64,000 nt of DNA from an uncultured virus (IMG/VR IMGVR_UViG_3300020046_001945) (IMGVR_UViG_3300020046_001945); one strand, 5' to 3'; positions 1 to 9,354 are shown, counted from the stretch's first letter. Notes: generated from the sequence alone by a model not told the origin. Numbers and translations: made by a program.

Positions 1-21
1 TAACTTTAAGGAGGATTAAAA

Positions 22-360
22 ATGTATTTTGATATTGAAACTGACTGGAAGGATATGACCTGCCAACTGGGAATTACAGGACAAGAATTAAAGATTCGGA
101 TTGTTTCGGATACTTTGGTTGACAGGGAATTTATTTTTGAAAATTTGATGGAGAAGATTGATTCGGAATTGCGAGATTGTGGAGATACTTACAGAGTCGA
201 AATTTATGATGGTTCTTATGAATACTATTTGAAGAGTGAGGTTGTGGAAGTTGTTCGAAGTAAGATTTCTCGTAATGGATTGAACAAACGAGGTGGAAAC
301 TATGAAATGAAGTTCTCAATTTCGTTTGACAATCAGGGCTGGTGGCCAGATGAAGATTAG
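22..360 (+). CDS. hypothetical protein
   Basis: 112 aa ORF with strong RBS (AGGAGG). Confidence 0.7.
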   Translation: MYFDIETDWKDMTCQLGITGQELKIRIVSDTLVDREFIFENLMEKIDSELRDCGDTYRVEIYDGSYEYYLKSEVVEVVRSKISRNGLNKRGGNYEMKFSISFDNQGWWPDED

Positions 361-434
361 AAAACATTGAAATTGATTGAAGATATAGACGAATGCTTAA
401 CTGTGTTCGTCTTTTTAATTTTGGAAAAAAGGTG

Positions 435-463
435 TTGACATTGATTTTTTCCAAGAGTATATT
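435..463 (+). promoter_or_regulatory. sigma70-type early promoter
   Basis: TTGACA-N17-TATATT; the same geometry recurs at 6389, 16600, 26576 and 31086. Confidence 0.8.
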
Positions 464-511
464 GGTAGTAGAGGAAGTGTGTCAATTTTTCCAAGGATGA
501 GAGGAAAGAAA

Positions 512-847
512 ATGAAACTTGGGATTTTCGTTTGTGAGAATGCTGTTCAAGTTATGATTGTTGCCGAAACTGGATGTTGTAAGAGTTTGTTCCGCATGAT
601 TCACACTCCAATTGGAAGGTTTGAAGGAAGAAATATTACGACCATGAGTAACCGAACGAAGTTCTTTACAGATTATGAAATTATTAAAGAACAAGGAAAA
701 ATTATTTATGGATATGAAGTTACTAAAGAATATCAAAGACGCTTGAACTTATTGATGGTTGAGTGTAAGGATGTTGCTGATATTGATGAATATAGAAATA
801 AAACTACTGCTCTGTGTTTGGAATTTGAAAAGAAATACTCATTCTAA
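512..847 (+). CDS. hypothetical protein, possibly with an MKI/RRMK-like module
   Basis: start moved to ATG 512 after GAGG; MKLGIFV...YQRRLNL. Confidence 0.65.
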   Translation: MKLGIFVCENAVQVMIVAETGCCKSLFRMIHTPIGRFEGRNITTMSNRTKFFTDYEIIKEQGKIIYGYEVTKEYQRRLNLLMVECKDVADIDEYRNKTTALCLEFEKKYSF

Positions 848-880
848 TTAAAAGACACTCGCAAGTTTTCCAAGGAGATT

Positions 881-1351
881 ATGATGTCTTTTGAAAATGG
901 TATAGTGATTGAATATACTCCTAAGTTTAGTCATTTTATTAGATATTATTTGGAACCGTTTTATGAACGGTCTGTGAAGATTAACGCGAGATTGATTTTC
1001 TGGCCGATTCGTGTTTATTATCGTGGTGAATATTTTCGTTCTGAACGAGCAGATTTATATCAAAGAATTTCTCATGTTATGGTTGTTTTGAATATTCTTG
1101 GAGCAATTGGAATTCTTTGGTTTATTAGTATTTGGTTAGCGTTAGTAATGGTTGGGTGGTTTGTTGTAATCCAAATCTGCTCAGTCCACACAGAACATCG
1201 TCACATTAAATCTTATGTGAAGATGAAGAAACCGATGAGATTGAAATGTTTGCCGGGAGCAAGATATAGATTTGAATGTAAGAAAAATGGAACGTTGATG
1301 ATGAAAATGATTAATGGTGAACGAATGAAGAAATGGGAGGAAAAGAAATGA
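881..1351 (+). CDS. membrane protein with C-terminal MKI/RRMK module
   Basis: hydrophobic segments, then PMRLKC...ERMKKW. Confidence 0.7.
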   Translation: MMSFENGIVIEYTPKFSHFIRYYLEPFYERSVKINARLIFWPIRVYYRGEYFRSERADLYQRISHVMVVLNILGAIGILWFISIWLALVMVGWFVVIQICSVHTEHRHIKSYVKMKKPMRLKCLPGARYRFECKKNGTLMMKMINGERMKKWEEKK

Positions 1352-1794
1352 AAATTTCTTTTAAGATGTCTGCGTCTAATGATGTTTCTTTAGTTCTTGT
1401 TGATTTTATTATGACTGAAGCGAGAGTTGGTAAGAAATACGGAAAGATTCTTGTGGCAATTATGATTACAAATCCAAGTCTAAGAGGTGGGGAGTTTCCG
1501 GCTATTCTTGGATGTTCTCAAAACAAATTGAATCTTAGACGACTGTTGAAGAATAGACATAATGAATTATCAGATGTTAAAAAATTTAAGGGAGATGGGT
1601 TTGCGAATAGAGTGTTTGATTCTGTTGATTTTGCTAAATTGAACGAACTGAGAAATGCTCTTGATAAGAAGTATCCACCTCCTACTAAGTTATCGGGGGT
1701 TAGTTTAGAAAAGTGGGAAGAGTTTCGTCGTGAGAATGTGTCCAAACCAATTGAAGAGGTGAATAAGTTTTTGTATGAGCAGGAGGTCATGTGA
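1348..1794 (+). CDS. N-terminal MKI/RRMK module fused to an unknown domain
   Basis: ATGA overlap; MKISFKM...NLRRLLK followed by about 75 extra aa. Confidence 0.65.
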   Translation: MKISFKMSASNDVSLVLVDFIMTEARVGKKYGKILVAIMITNPSLRGGEFPAILGCSQNKLNLRRLLKNRHNELSDVKKFKGDGFANRVFDSVDFAKLNELRNALDKKYPPPTKLSGVSLEKWEEFRRENVSKPIEEVNKFLYEQEVM

Positions 1795-2021
1795 AGATTG
1801 TAATGTTGGTCGCAGATTCAAATAATGAGAAATATGGAACGTGTTTGTTTGGAATCATGCGTGGTTATTGGACCAGGAGTAAAAGACAGAAAAGTCAAGA
1901 CTGGAATTCTATTCATTTGTTTGTTGGTGAAGATTCTGATGGAAGGGTGTGGATTTCTAAGAAGAGTAATGTTAGAAGATTGAAGAAACAATTTGGTGAA
2001 AATAATAGGAATGAGGGGTAA
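1791..2021 (+). CDS. MKI/RRMK family small protein
   Basis: MKIVMLV...NVRRLKK. Confidence 0.7.
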   Translation: MKIVMLVADSNNEKYGTCLFGIMRGYWTRSKRQKSQDWNSIHLFVGEDSDGRVWISKKSNVRRLKKQFGENNRNEG

Positions 2022-2022
2022 A

Positions 2023-2349
2023 ATGAGTCATTCAAGTGGATTAGTTAGATTTTACGATGGTGAGATTTGGCATTTTGAATACAACGGAACTTCCGACTAT
2101 TGTATTTCACACATTTACAAGACTGCTCAGGAAGTAAGTGACAATTGGAGAAATCATGAATGGATGACTTGTTCTTGTGGATCATCTGAACAAGTTGAAG
2201 TTTATTCATTTTACGGCAGAGGATTTATGATGGATGGAACAGCTTGTAGGAAATGCTGTTCTTTAAATGTTGATATGGATGATTGTGGAATGGATGATGC
2301 TTTGTCTGTTTGGGTGAAAGAATATCTAAACGAAAGTGGGGAAGAATGA
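2023..2349 (+). CDS. Cys-rich hypothetical protein
   Basis: start moved to ATG 2023 after GAGGGG; CSC and CRKC motifs. Confidence 0.65.
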   Translation: MSHSSGLVRFYDGEIWHFEYNGTSDYCISHIYKTAQEVSDNWRNHEWMTCSCGSSEQVEVYSFYGRGFMMDGTACRKCCSLNVDMDDCGMDDALSVWVKEYLNESGEE

Positions 2350-2555
2350 AAATACAAATGTTCTTCCAAGGATTCACCAATGATAGATACTTTGATTTAG
2401 TTGCTAAAAGCGATGAATATAGAAATGATTATTGTGACAATGACGAAGTATATGTATATGTTTTGAAGCAAAAATTCAATCGGTGTATGATTTCTAAGAA
2501 TGGAAATCGTAGGAGAATTGAAAAATTGACAATGGGATTAAGAGTTGAAGATTAA
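2346..2555 (+). CDS. MKI/RRMK family small protein
   Basis: ATGA overlap; MKIQMFF...NRRRIEKL. Confidence 0.7.
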   Translation: MKIQMFFQGFTNDRYFDLVAKSDEYRNDYCDNDEVYVYVLKQKFNRCMISKNGNRRRIEKLTMGLRVED

Positions 2556-2711
2556 CTTGTATATTCATCCTGAGAATGATGACTATTTTCTTTCGTTTGG
2601 TAGACATAGTAAACATGAGAATTATTCAAGAAAGTCATCAATATTTTTTTTGATGGTAAAGAATATATCATTGGTAACTGTAACTATAGAAGAATGAGGA
2701 AGACTTTATGA
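2545..2711 (+). pseudogene. MKI/RRMK family member frameshifted at a T8 tract
   Basis: not in ORF track; TTG-KINLYI...; one extra T at 2644-2651 restores ...NYRRMRKTL and a stop overlapping the next ATG. Confidence 0.65.
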
Positions 2712-2902
2712 AGATTGAAATGGTGATTACACCAGAAACAAATTGTAAGTTTTTTGCGATTAGATACAACAGTATCTTTGGCAACAAATATATTATGTAT
2801 GTAATTCATTATAAAAACTATAAACTAAGCCCAAAAGTGAACCAACCAAGATTCGATAAAGTTGGAAGAGAACATGGAATTTTTGAAGGGGTAATAAAAT
2901 GA
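2708..2902 (+). CDS. MKI/RRMK family small protein
   Basis: MKIEMVI...NQPRFDK. Confidence 0.65.
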   Translation: MKIEMVITPETNCKFFAIRYNSIFGNKYIMYVIHYKNYKLSPKVNQPRFDKVGREHGIFEGVIK

Positions 2903-3345
2903 ACTACATTGACTCAAGTGAATTGAATCTACATCATGTTGCTATTGTTCGTCCAAATAATGATATTAGATATTGTTATTTGATTAAGGACAACTATGTG
3001 AATATCATGACTGGATTGACTGAAGATGTTTATGAAGACGTAGTTGGGATTCTTCCGGTTGATATTTCATCCGAAGTTGTTAGAGTTACTGCTTCATATC
3101 CAGTTGAAAAAATGAAAGAGTTGAGACTCAATAACGGGCAATATTTCCGATTTAGTGGAAAACATAATAGCTTTACTACGTCATATCCTATTTTTGTTTA
3201 TGATTGGTGTAATTATTCTTTGGTCGGAGAAAGTTATTGGGATGTTGATGTGCTGTTGAAGAAGTTTGAAGGATATACAACAATTGATTTAGTTGATGTT
3301 TCATATAAGATTAAAAACAATTGGAAAGAAAACCGTGAAGATTAA
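2899..3345 (+). CDS. hypothetical protein
   Basis: 148 aa ORF, ATGA overlap. Confidence 0.7.
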   Translation: MNYIDSSELNLHHVAIVRPNNDIRYCYLIKDNYVNIMTGLTEDVYEDVVGILPVDISSEVVRVTASYPVEKMKELRLNNGQYFRFSGKHNSFTTSYPIFVYDWCNYSLVGESYWDVDVLLKKFEGYTTIDLVDVSYKIKNNWKENRED

Positions 3346-3496
3346 AATGTATATCACAACTGGATATAGTTGTTGTTTTTCACACCTTCCATCATCAGGA
3401 ACAATGAACATAATTAAACAAATATTTCCAGATAATTCCGTCTATTCATCGGTGTATTTGGTAATGAACAAACAACGAATTGAAAAATGGAAATGA
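3335..3496 (+). CDS. MKI/RRMK family small protein
   Basis: GTG-KIKMYI...NKQRIEKWK. Confidence 0.65.
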   Translation: MKIKMYITTGYSCCFSHLPSSGTMNIIKQIFPDNSVYSSVYLVMNKQRIEKWK

Positions 3497-3681
3497 AACA
3501 CAAACTTCAAATTTTTATGTATGATGCTGCAACCATCCGATTGTTTTTTAATGAACGGAAGTTTTTAATAGAGGTGAATGCCAATAAGATTTTTTGTAAT
3601 GGCGTGTGTAATGATACAAATCCAAATTATGTCATTGCTGGAAATATATGTCGTCGTCTTAAAATGAAAGGATATATGTGA
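3493..3681 (+). CDS. MKI/RRMK family small protein
   Basis: ends ICRRLKMKGYM; close paralog of 3865..4050. Confidence 0.7.
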   Translation: MKHKLQIFMYDAATIRLFFNERKFLIEVNANKIFCNGVCNDTNPNYVIAGNICRRLKMKGYM

Positions 3682-3872
3682 AGATTAGCATGTTTGTGGT
3701 TGATGTTTACCATGGGTCCGAATTATATTTTTCAAGAATAAAAGATACTAATACTAAACCCGAAAATGGAAGTTGGGACGATGTTTACATATACACACAT
3801 AATTGGATTTCTAAAAAGTGTAATGTTGAACGAATGGAAAGAATCTTAGGAGTTAAAAATATAAATGTCTAA
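3678..3872 (+). CDS. MKI/RRMK family small protein
   Basis: MKISMFV...WISKKCNVERMER. Confidence 0.7.
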   Translation: MKISMFVVDVYHGSELYFSRIKDTNTKPENGSWDDVYIYTHNWISKKCNVERMERILGVKNINV

Positions 3873-4050
3873 GTGTGTTTTTAAAATCTTAGAAAGAAAC
3901 GACGAATCAATTTATTTAAGAGGAATGGGAATAGCTGGTTTGCTGCTGAGTGACATGGTTTATTGTTCGGGTTTGTGTGTTGATTCAAATCCTGATTTTA
4001 TAATGGCTGGTGTTTATTGTAGAAGATTGAAAAAGAAAGGCTATATGTGA
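3865..4050 (+). CDS. MKI/RRMK family small protein
   Basis: ends YCRRLKKKGYM. Confidence 0.7.
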   Translation: MSKCVFKILERNDESIYLRGMGIAGLLLSDMVYCSGLCVDSNPDFIMAGVYCRRLKKKGYM

Positions 4051-4454
4051 AATACAAACCAAGTTTAGAAGAACATTTTTGGTTTGCAACGTCTCTACCA
4101 ATGATGTTATACCTTTTTCCGATAATGTTATTAAAAGATAATGCTAAAGATTATAAAGTCTGGTTGGCAATTTCTGTATCAGCAAGTTTGTTATTTGGCG
4201 GATTCTTTTTTAATTCTTGGTTTGGAAGTGCGGCAATTGTTTATGTTTTTGGTTGGACTTGGTTGTTTGTTAAGTTTGGTATGAATACTTATCCGGAACA
4301 CTTGTATTATGAATGGTTCATGAAAAGAAAGCCATTTGTTATGAAAATAGGAAGTGTGAATTATTTTGAATACAAACGAAATGGATATCTTTGTCATCAT
4401 TATTTTGAAGACAACAAGAGAATGAAGAAATGGGAACAAGAGGACGATGAATGA
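4047..4454 (+). CDS. membrane protein with C-terminal MKI/RRMK module
   Basis: hydrophobic segments, then FVMKIG...NKRMKKW. Confidence 0.7.
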   Translation: MKYKPSLEEHFWFATSLPMMLYLFPIMLLKDNAKDYKVWLAISVSASLLFGGFFFNSWFGSAAIVYVFGWTWLFVKFGMNTYPEHLYYEWFMKRKPFVMKIGSVNYFEYKRNGYLCHHYFEDNKRMKKWEQEDDE

Positions 4455-4663
4455 AAATTGAATGGAAGTTACGTCAGAACACATCTGCCACATTACTAAT
4501 AACTTCTGCCACATTACTAATAACTTCATCAATTAATGGAGAACTTTGGTCACATATTTCTTTCAATACACCCGGTATGATGGTTTGGGGGTATGGTGCG
4601 ATTCATTCAAAAACGACATGTTACAAATTATCTGAACGAATTAAAGTGAAGGAGATTTGGTGA
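4451..4663 (+). CDS. MKI/RRMK family small protein
   Basis: MKIEWKL...LSERIKV; internal 7-aa duplication. Confidence 0.65.
   Translation: MKIEWKLRQNTSATLLITSATLLITSSINGELWSHISFNTPGMMVWGYGAIHSKTTCYKLSERIKVKEIW
4484..4525. repeat. perfect 21-bp tandem duplication
   Basis: TCTGCCACATTACTAATAACT x2, in frame (SATLLIT x2). Confidence 0.95.
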
Positions 4664-4848
4664 GAACAGTTTTAACAATCACTTACGAAAACTGGACAAC
4701 GATTTCGGTAATATTCAAACAGTCTGATTCATTAACATACAGATTTCGTTATGAATCCGATAGATTTATTTACTTTGCTAAACCAACATATGTTCCTAAA
4801 ATAAGAAGATTTTCACAACGAATGAAATATAAGGATAAGATTTTATGA
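4660..4848 (+). CDS. MKI/RRMK family small protein
   Basis: GTGA overlap; ends RRFSQRMKY. Confidence 0.65.
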   Translation: MRTVLTITYENWTTISVIFKQSDSLTYRFRYESDRFIYFAKPTYVPKIRRFSQRMKYKDKIL

Positions 4849-5072
4849 AGATATTAATGTTTGTGGAAGATGGAGATGGGATGACAACTTTTCGGATTTT
4901 GAACAAATCTTATCCGAGGCAAAAACATCGGAAACAATTTCCAAGAGACTATCCGGTTAGAATATATTGGTTTTGGGAAGACAAAAAACATTATGGTTCA
5001 AATTTCAAATCAGTAATGCGCCGAATGGAAACTTTTGGATACAACAAACAAGAAGAGATTTATACAATATGA
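4845..5072 (+). CDS. MKI/RRMK family small protein
   Basis: MKILMFV...VMRRMETF. Confidence 0.7.
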   Translation: MKILMFVEDGDGMTTFRILNKSYPRQKHRKQFPRDYPVRIYWFWEDKKHYGSNFKSVMRRMETFGYNKQEEIYTI

Positions 5073-5248
5073 AAATGATATTAAAAGTTAAAGACCATGG
5101 CTATTATGCAGGATTCGCCATCGGCATAAATAACAACTTTCATGTTGGATGGAACATAGAATATGAGCAAAATATTCTTTACTTCGGTGGTTCAAGAAAA
5201 GCAGCGTCCAAAATAGCAAGAAGATTGAAGATTGGTAGGGTTGTGTGA
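5069..5248 (+). CDS. MKI/RRMK family small protein
   Basis: start moved to ATG 5069; MKMILKV...IARRLKI. Confidence 0.7.
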   Translation: MKMILKVKDHGYYAGFAIGINNNFHVGWNIEYEQNILYFGGSRKAASKIARRLKIGRVV

Positions 5249-5424
5249 AAATAAGTTTAAGAATAAAAGATTTTGGCACATGGGCAGCGTTTTAATTAAA
5301 TAACGATATTAGTAACGATTTTAATTTCGATTATCAAAATAGCATTCTATACTTTGGTGGCGCATTCAGACGAGAAAAAGCAAAAGTATTAGCCAGAAGA
5401 ATGAAATTGGAGAAAATTAAATGA
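5245..5424 (+). pseudogene. MKI/RRMK family member with in-frame stop
   Basis: not in ORF track; MKISLRIKDFGTWAAF*...ILYFGG...LARRMKL with TAA at 5293-5295; paralog of 5069..5248. Confidence 0.75.
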
Positions 5425-5834
5425 TTAACTTTTTATTAACACCGTTTTATTTTGTCCATTTTCGGCTTTTTGATTTTGGCGATTGGATTGAAGATTATGT
5501 TGGTGGTTTTACAGCAGTTATTCAATCATTATTATTGTGTTCTATTCCAGTATCAGTTGTTATCACATCGGGGGCGTTCAAAAATATGATTGGTGTTTTG
5601 TTTGGGGTATTCCTTTTTGCTCCTTTCATTTACACCATTCATCAAATTGTTGATAATGACTGGTTTGAAGACAGAATTAAACTAAATGCTAAGATTGTCT
5701 GGAGAAAATTGCTCAAAAGAAATTATTGTGTTATAAAAGTTGATAGGTATGGAGATTATCACATTATAAAAGATACAAAATGGAAATGTGATTATTATGG
5801 GCACGATAGATTAACGAAATGGAACATCAAATGA
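5421..5834 (+). CDS. membrane protein with C-terminal MKI/RRMK module
   Basis: two hydrophobic segments, then YCVIKV...DRLTKW. Confidence 0.7.
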   Translation: MINFLLTPFYFVHFRLFDFGDWIEDYVGGFTAVIQSLLLCSIPVSVVITSGAFKNMIGVLFGVFLFAPFIYTIHQIVDNDWFEDRIKLNAKIVWRKLLKRNYCVIKVDRYGDYHIIKDTKWKCDYYGHDRLTKWNIK

Positions 5835-6022
5835 AAATTACTTTATATGTTCAACTTGAAACAGTAACTCATCACTTTTCAATAACAAGAGCGTGTAGGA
5901 AAGATTTTCAAACCGGCGACTCTGTATATGTTTTGAGGAGACCATTAGAAGAAACAAATTACGTTAGTTACAAAGTAAACAAACGAAGAATTTGTAAATT
6001 TGTTCCGGATGTATCAAAATGA
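5831..6022 (+). CDS. MKI/RRMK family small protein
   Basis: MKITLYV...NKRRICKF. Confidence 0.7.
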   Translation: MKITLYVQLETVTHHFSITRACRKDFQTGDSVYVLRRPLEETNYVSYKVNKRRICKFVPDVSK

Positions 6023-6198
6023 AAATCGGGCTAACTATTCACTACGGATATTATTCAGCATTAACATTCGTGAATACAAACAAAGATGATATGATTCTTT
6101 TTTATTTGGATGATGCTATAATGACTAATTGTGATATAAATGAAAAGAGATTCAATAAGTTTCTTTCTCTTCCTCTATTCTATGAGGAACCATTTTGA
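6019..6198 (+). CDS. MKI/RRMK family small protein (59 aa, not in ORF track)
   Basis: MKIGLTI...NEKRFNKF; overlaps both neighbours by 4 nt. Confidence 0.65.
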   Translation: MKIGLTIHYGYYSALTFVNTNKDDMILFYLDDAIMTNCDINEKRFNKFLSLPLFYEEPF

Positions 6199-6383
6199 AA
6201 ATATTGTTTTATGTTGAACCTGAAAAAGATTATACGCTGTTCAGAGTTCTTAAAATAAAAGGAAGTAGAAAGAATAGCATTTGGTGTAATGATACAGACA
6301 AAGTATATTTCAAACATCTTAGTGCTGGATATATTGGCTTTGGAAAATTTAAGTCAAAAAGACTGAACAAATATAAAGAATAA
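6195..6383 (+). CDS. MKI/RRMK family small protein
   Basis: MKILFYV...SKRLNKY. Confidence 0.7.
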   Translation: MKILFYVEPEKDYTLFRVLKIKGSRKNSIWCNDTDKVYFKHLSAGYIGFGKFKSKRLNKYKE

Positions 6384-6388
6384 AGTTC

Positions 6389-6417
6389 TTGACTCTATCC
6401 TTGGAAGAAATTATATT
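6389..6417 (+). promoter_or_regulatory. sigma70-type early promoter
   Basis: TTGACT-N17-TATATT in one of the few gaps in the array. Confidence 0.75.
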
Positions 6418-6433
6418 AAGGTGTGGAGGTGTT

Positions 6434-6616
6434 GTGAAGATTATAATAAAAATAGGAATGAGTGATTGGCCAGCATTCTTCTGCTTCTTTGATGAGAGAA
6501 ATATGTTTAATGTTTGTGGAAGCTTGTTCTATTCATCATTCCAATACATTAGATTAAACAATAGAAATTGTGAGCGCAGATTCGGCAAACTCTGGAGGAT
6601 TCAGTCGTGGTCGTAA
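6434..6616 (+). CDS. MKI/RRMK family small protein
   Basis: GTG start after GGAGG; MKIIIKI...CERRFGKLW. Confidence 0.7.
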   Translation: MKIIIKIGMSDWPAFFCFFDERNMFNVCGSLFYSSFQYIRLNNRNCERRFGKLWRIQSWS

Positions 6617-6792
6617 AAATGTTTGTTAAGTTCAAGTATCTATCCAACAAAGCTCCAAGGTTTTGTATTCTTAATACCAACCAATTTATTAGTGATTCGA
6701 AAAGCACACTCTATTGGATTAAAGAATACAAAAAAGAGTATGAAATTTGTAGAATATGCGAACGGCGAATGACGAAATGGGAACAGAAATGA
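6607..6792 (+). CDS. MKI/RRMK family small protein
   Basis: MVVKMFV...CERRMTKW. Confidence 0.7.
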   Translation: MVVKMFVKFKYLSNKAPRFCILNTNQFISDSKSTLYWIKEYKKEYEICRICERRMTKWEQK

Positions 6793-6965
6793 ACATTAAG
6801 ATGCGGCTTGTTTCTAATAATGTTGGTGTGGAAATTCTAAAGTGGAGTTTTTGTAAATGGCGATTGATTATCAGAACTAATTGTTGGCGTAGAGGATATG
6901 TTGAAAACTGCAAAGAACAAACTCGCATGGTTAAATTTCTTACAAGAGTTACGGAGAATATCTAA
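6789..6965 (+). CDS. MKI/RRMK family small protein
   Basis: MNIKMRL...QTRMVKF. Confidence 0.65.
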   Translation: MNIKMRLVSNNVGVEILKWSFCKWRLIIRTNCWRRGYVENCKEQTRMVKFLTRVTENI

Positions 6966-7435
6966 TGAAAGAACCAACGGATGAAATTCAAATCAAAGAT
7001 GTATTTGTGTTTGGTTTGTTGTTACCAATAATTACATGTATTGTATATATTCGCAAAATTAAATATTTGAACTTAGAAGAACATGCTGGAATTATTGTTG
7101 GATTGTCATATGTTATTTTGTCATTGTTTATTAGTTTGGCGATAACATATAACCTAATTCCGATTTATGTTTATTTGATTAGCAGTGCTTTGTTTCCGTT
7201 CTTTCTTACTACTCCTCCTCTTAAACATATGAATTTTATAAAAGGTTATGTGTTTTATGATATTGTTAATGCATATCTAAAGAAACATTTTCAAAAGAAG
7301 ACAGTTGTAAGGTTGTCAATCTATTCTCATTTTGGCGGAATGTATTCAAGTGCTTCGGTAATATATTACGAAAAGAATAACCGATACGCTTCGGAGTTTA
7401 AATCAGTTCGGTTGAAGAAGTGGGATGATAAATGA
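6965..7435 (+). CDS. membrane protein with C-terminal MKI/RRMK module
   Basis: three hydrophobic segments, then VVRLSIY...VRLKKW. Confidence 0.7.
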   Translation: MKEPTDEIQIKDVFVFGLLLPIITCIVYIRKIKYLNLEEHAGIIVGLSYVILSLFISLAITYNLIPIYVYLISSALFPFFLTTPPLKHMNFIKGYVFYDIVNAYLKKHFQKKTVVRLSIYSHFGGMYSSASVIYYEKNNRYASEFKSVRLKKWDDK

Positions 7436-7845
7436 GAATCAAAATGAAAGTGTGTAGATGGAATGAAATTAAAATAGAACACAACAGTTTTGTATTTTCT
7501 CGTAGATATTACCGATTAGGAAAACTAATAAACACCCACGCATTTGATTTTGATAAAGATAACCCAGCCAAACATTTTGATAAGTTCATCAGAAGAAACA
7601 AACCCCTTAGTTTACGAAGAGTTGTTTCTTTTTTAAAATGGGAAAGTGGAACAGGTCAATTTATTAGTAATTTTTATTCTCTACCAAACAATGAAAAATA
7701 TGTTAGAAGATATTGTGGAATGCGCCACTACGGAAAAGAATTAATTGAATTGATAGATAAGAGAGTCAAATCATTCCCAAGTCAAACAGATTACGAATTA
7801 GCAAACAGACTAAAACTAACAATAGAAAAGACATTCAATCTATGA
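7432..7845 (+). CDS. hypothetical protein with MKI-like N-terminus
   Basis: MRIKMKV...; ends ANRLKL. Confidence 0.65.
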   Translation: MRIKMKVCRWNEIKIEHNSFVFSRRYYRLGKLINTHAFDFDKDNPAKHFDKFIRRNKPLSLRRVVSFLKWESGTGQFISNFYSLPNNEKYVRRYCGMRHYGKELIELIDKRVKSFPSQTDYELANRLKLTIEKTFNL

Positions 7846-8540
7846 ACAAAGCTGTATTGGTTCAAGTTTGTGATGAAGTGTTTCACAATGATTTGACATT
7901 AAACTTAGATGTTCAAACAATCATTTCTAAGATTGATTCAGAACAACATCGGTTCTTCCACACACTTGAACATGTTTATGATGTGTTTTGCGATTTAGAA
8001 CCAACTTCAAAGAATCTCCAATTGGATTTTCTTTTTGCTGTTTGTCATGATTGTGTTTATGACCCAAAGAGAAGCGATAACGAATTCCAATCAGTTGTTT
8101 ATGTTTCGCAATTTCCAAGCATTGCTAACAGACCCGACTTCAACATTCTAAGGAAACAAATCTTAGAAACTGCTCAATTGCTTCCAACAAGAACAAATGA
8201 AGCTGATAGAAAAATCGTTATCAATATTGGCGAAACAAACTTCAAGAAATATTTCACAAGCATTAGAAAAGAATATGAACATGTGAAATGGGAAACATTT
8301 GTTTATAGACATTTAGGAATTGTTAAAGAAATCTGGAGATGTCACAAATCATTACACATAGATTCATATTGTAAGATGGTGAACAATTGGAAAAGAAAGC
8401 AAATGAAAATTGAAAGACATTATTCTTGGAGTGGATGGGGAATACCAAACAAATATTCAGCAACTGTTAGATTCAAAGAACATGGAATTTTTAATGTAAG
8501 TTCACCAATGTTTTCTAAGAGAATGGAGAAATGGAAATAA
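7842..8540 (+). CDS. HD-superfamily phosphohydrolase-like protein with C-terminal MKI/RRMK module
   Basis: RFFHTLEH...HDCVYDPKRSDNE (COG4339-like), then MKIER...SKRMEKWK. Confidence 0.7.
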   Translation: MNKAVLVQVCDEVFHNDLTLNLDVQTIISKIDSEQHRFFHTLEHVYDVFCDLEPTSKNLQLDFLFAVCHDCVYDPKRSDNEFQSVVYVSQFPSIANRPDFNILRKQILETAQLLPTRTNEADRKIVINIGETNFKKYFTSIRKEYEHVKWETFVYRHLGIVKEIWRCHKSLHIDSYCKMVNNWKRKQMKIERHYSWSGWGIPNKYSATVRFKEHGIFNVSSPMFSKRMEKWK

Positions 8541-8980
8541 TGTTTATTCGTTTATCTATTGTAGGATTTGTAAACTATGCTAAACTTACTATTGAAGATG
8601 ATAAGAATTGTAAGTCTTGTCGTCTGTCTGATTTTAAGGTTTATATTCATGACAATTCAACAAAGTTCGACAAGTTAGCTAAACGATTGAAAAAAGAGTT
8701 ATCTTTCTTTTGTATTGAAAAGTGGCAAATGAATGACGGAACAATGGTTTTGATTCGCAAGATGACAGACCAACACATTGAAAATAGTTTGAGATGGTTC
8801 TTTGAAAATTGTAAGTGGCAAAATAGAAAAGAAATGATTAAGTTTCTTTGGCTGGAAAAGAAAGAAAGAGAACGAAGGAAGACTTGGAATATAAATGCTC
8901 CAGGGACCAAGTTGGGTAAAAAAGGAAAGACCTATGGGGAGCAAGTTTCACAATTTATGTTGGAGTTCCACAAGATATGA
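8540..8980 (+). CDS. N-terminal MKI/RRMK module fused to an unknown domain
   Basis: MFIRLSI...LAKRLKK, then W..DG...IRKMTDQHIEN. Confidence 0.65.
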   Translation: MFIRLSIVGFVNYAKLTIEDDKNCKSCRLSDFKVYIHDNSTKFDKLAKRLKKELSFFCIEKWQMNDGTMVLIRKMTDQHIENSLRWFFENCKWQNRKEMIKFLWLEKKERERRKTWNINAPGTKLGKKGKTYGEQVSQFMLEFHKI

Positions 8981-9354
8981 TTTTCTCAGATAGACCATCA
9001 ATATTCATTAAACATTATTTTAATTCTGCATCATATCCATACGTTTGGGCGTTATATAGAATTATACAATGCGAAGTTCTGAATAATTCTAATGCCGATT
9101 TTGGTTTTTTATCAAATTATTTTTTGGATTTGGAACATTTTAATGTTATTTCAATGAATAAGGACTATACTGTTGATATAATTGATGATGGTGATTATAG
9201 CAGAGATGCTGAGAAATATGAATTATCTAAATCAGGTCCTAAGAAAAACAAAATCATCATGTATATTTCTTGTGGCGAACATATAATAACGCTTCACAAC
9301 TACCAAAACAAATACATCAAACAAAGAGAAAGGATGTCAAAATATGAAATGTAG
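8977..9354 (+). CDS. hypothetical protein with C-terminal MKI/RRMK module
   Basis: ...NKIIMYI...RERMSKY. Confidence 0.65.
   Translation: MIFSDRPSIFIKHYFNSASYPYVWALYRIIQCEVLNNSNADFGFLSNYFLDLEHFNVISMNKDYTVDIIDDGDYSRDAEKYELSKSGPKKNKIIMYISCGEHIITLHNYQNKYIKQRERMSKYEM

Noticed and set aside
307..430. Possible decayed MKI/RRMK copy (MKFSISF... and an out-of-frame RYRRML)
   Set aside because: It needs several stops or frameshifts to reconstruct, so support is too weak.
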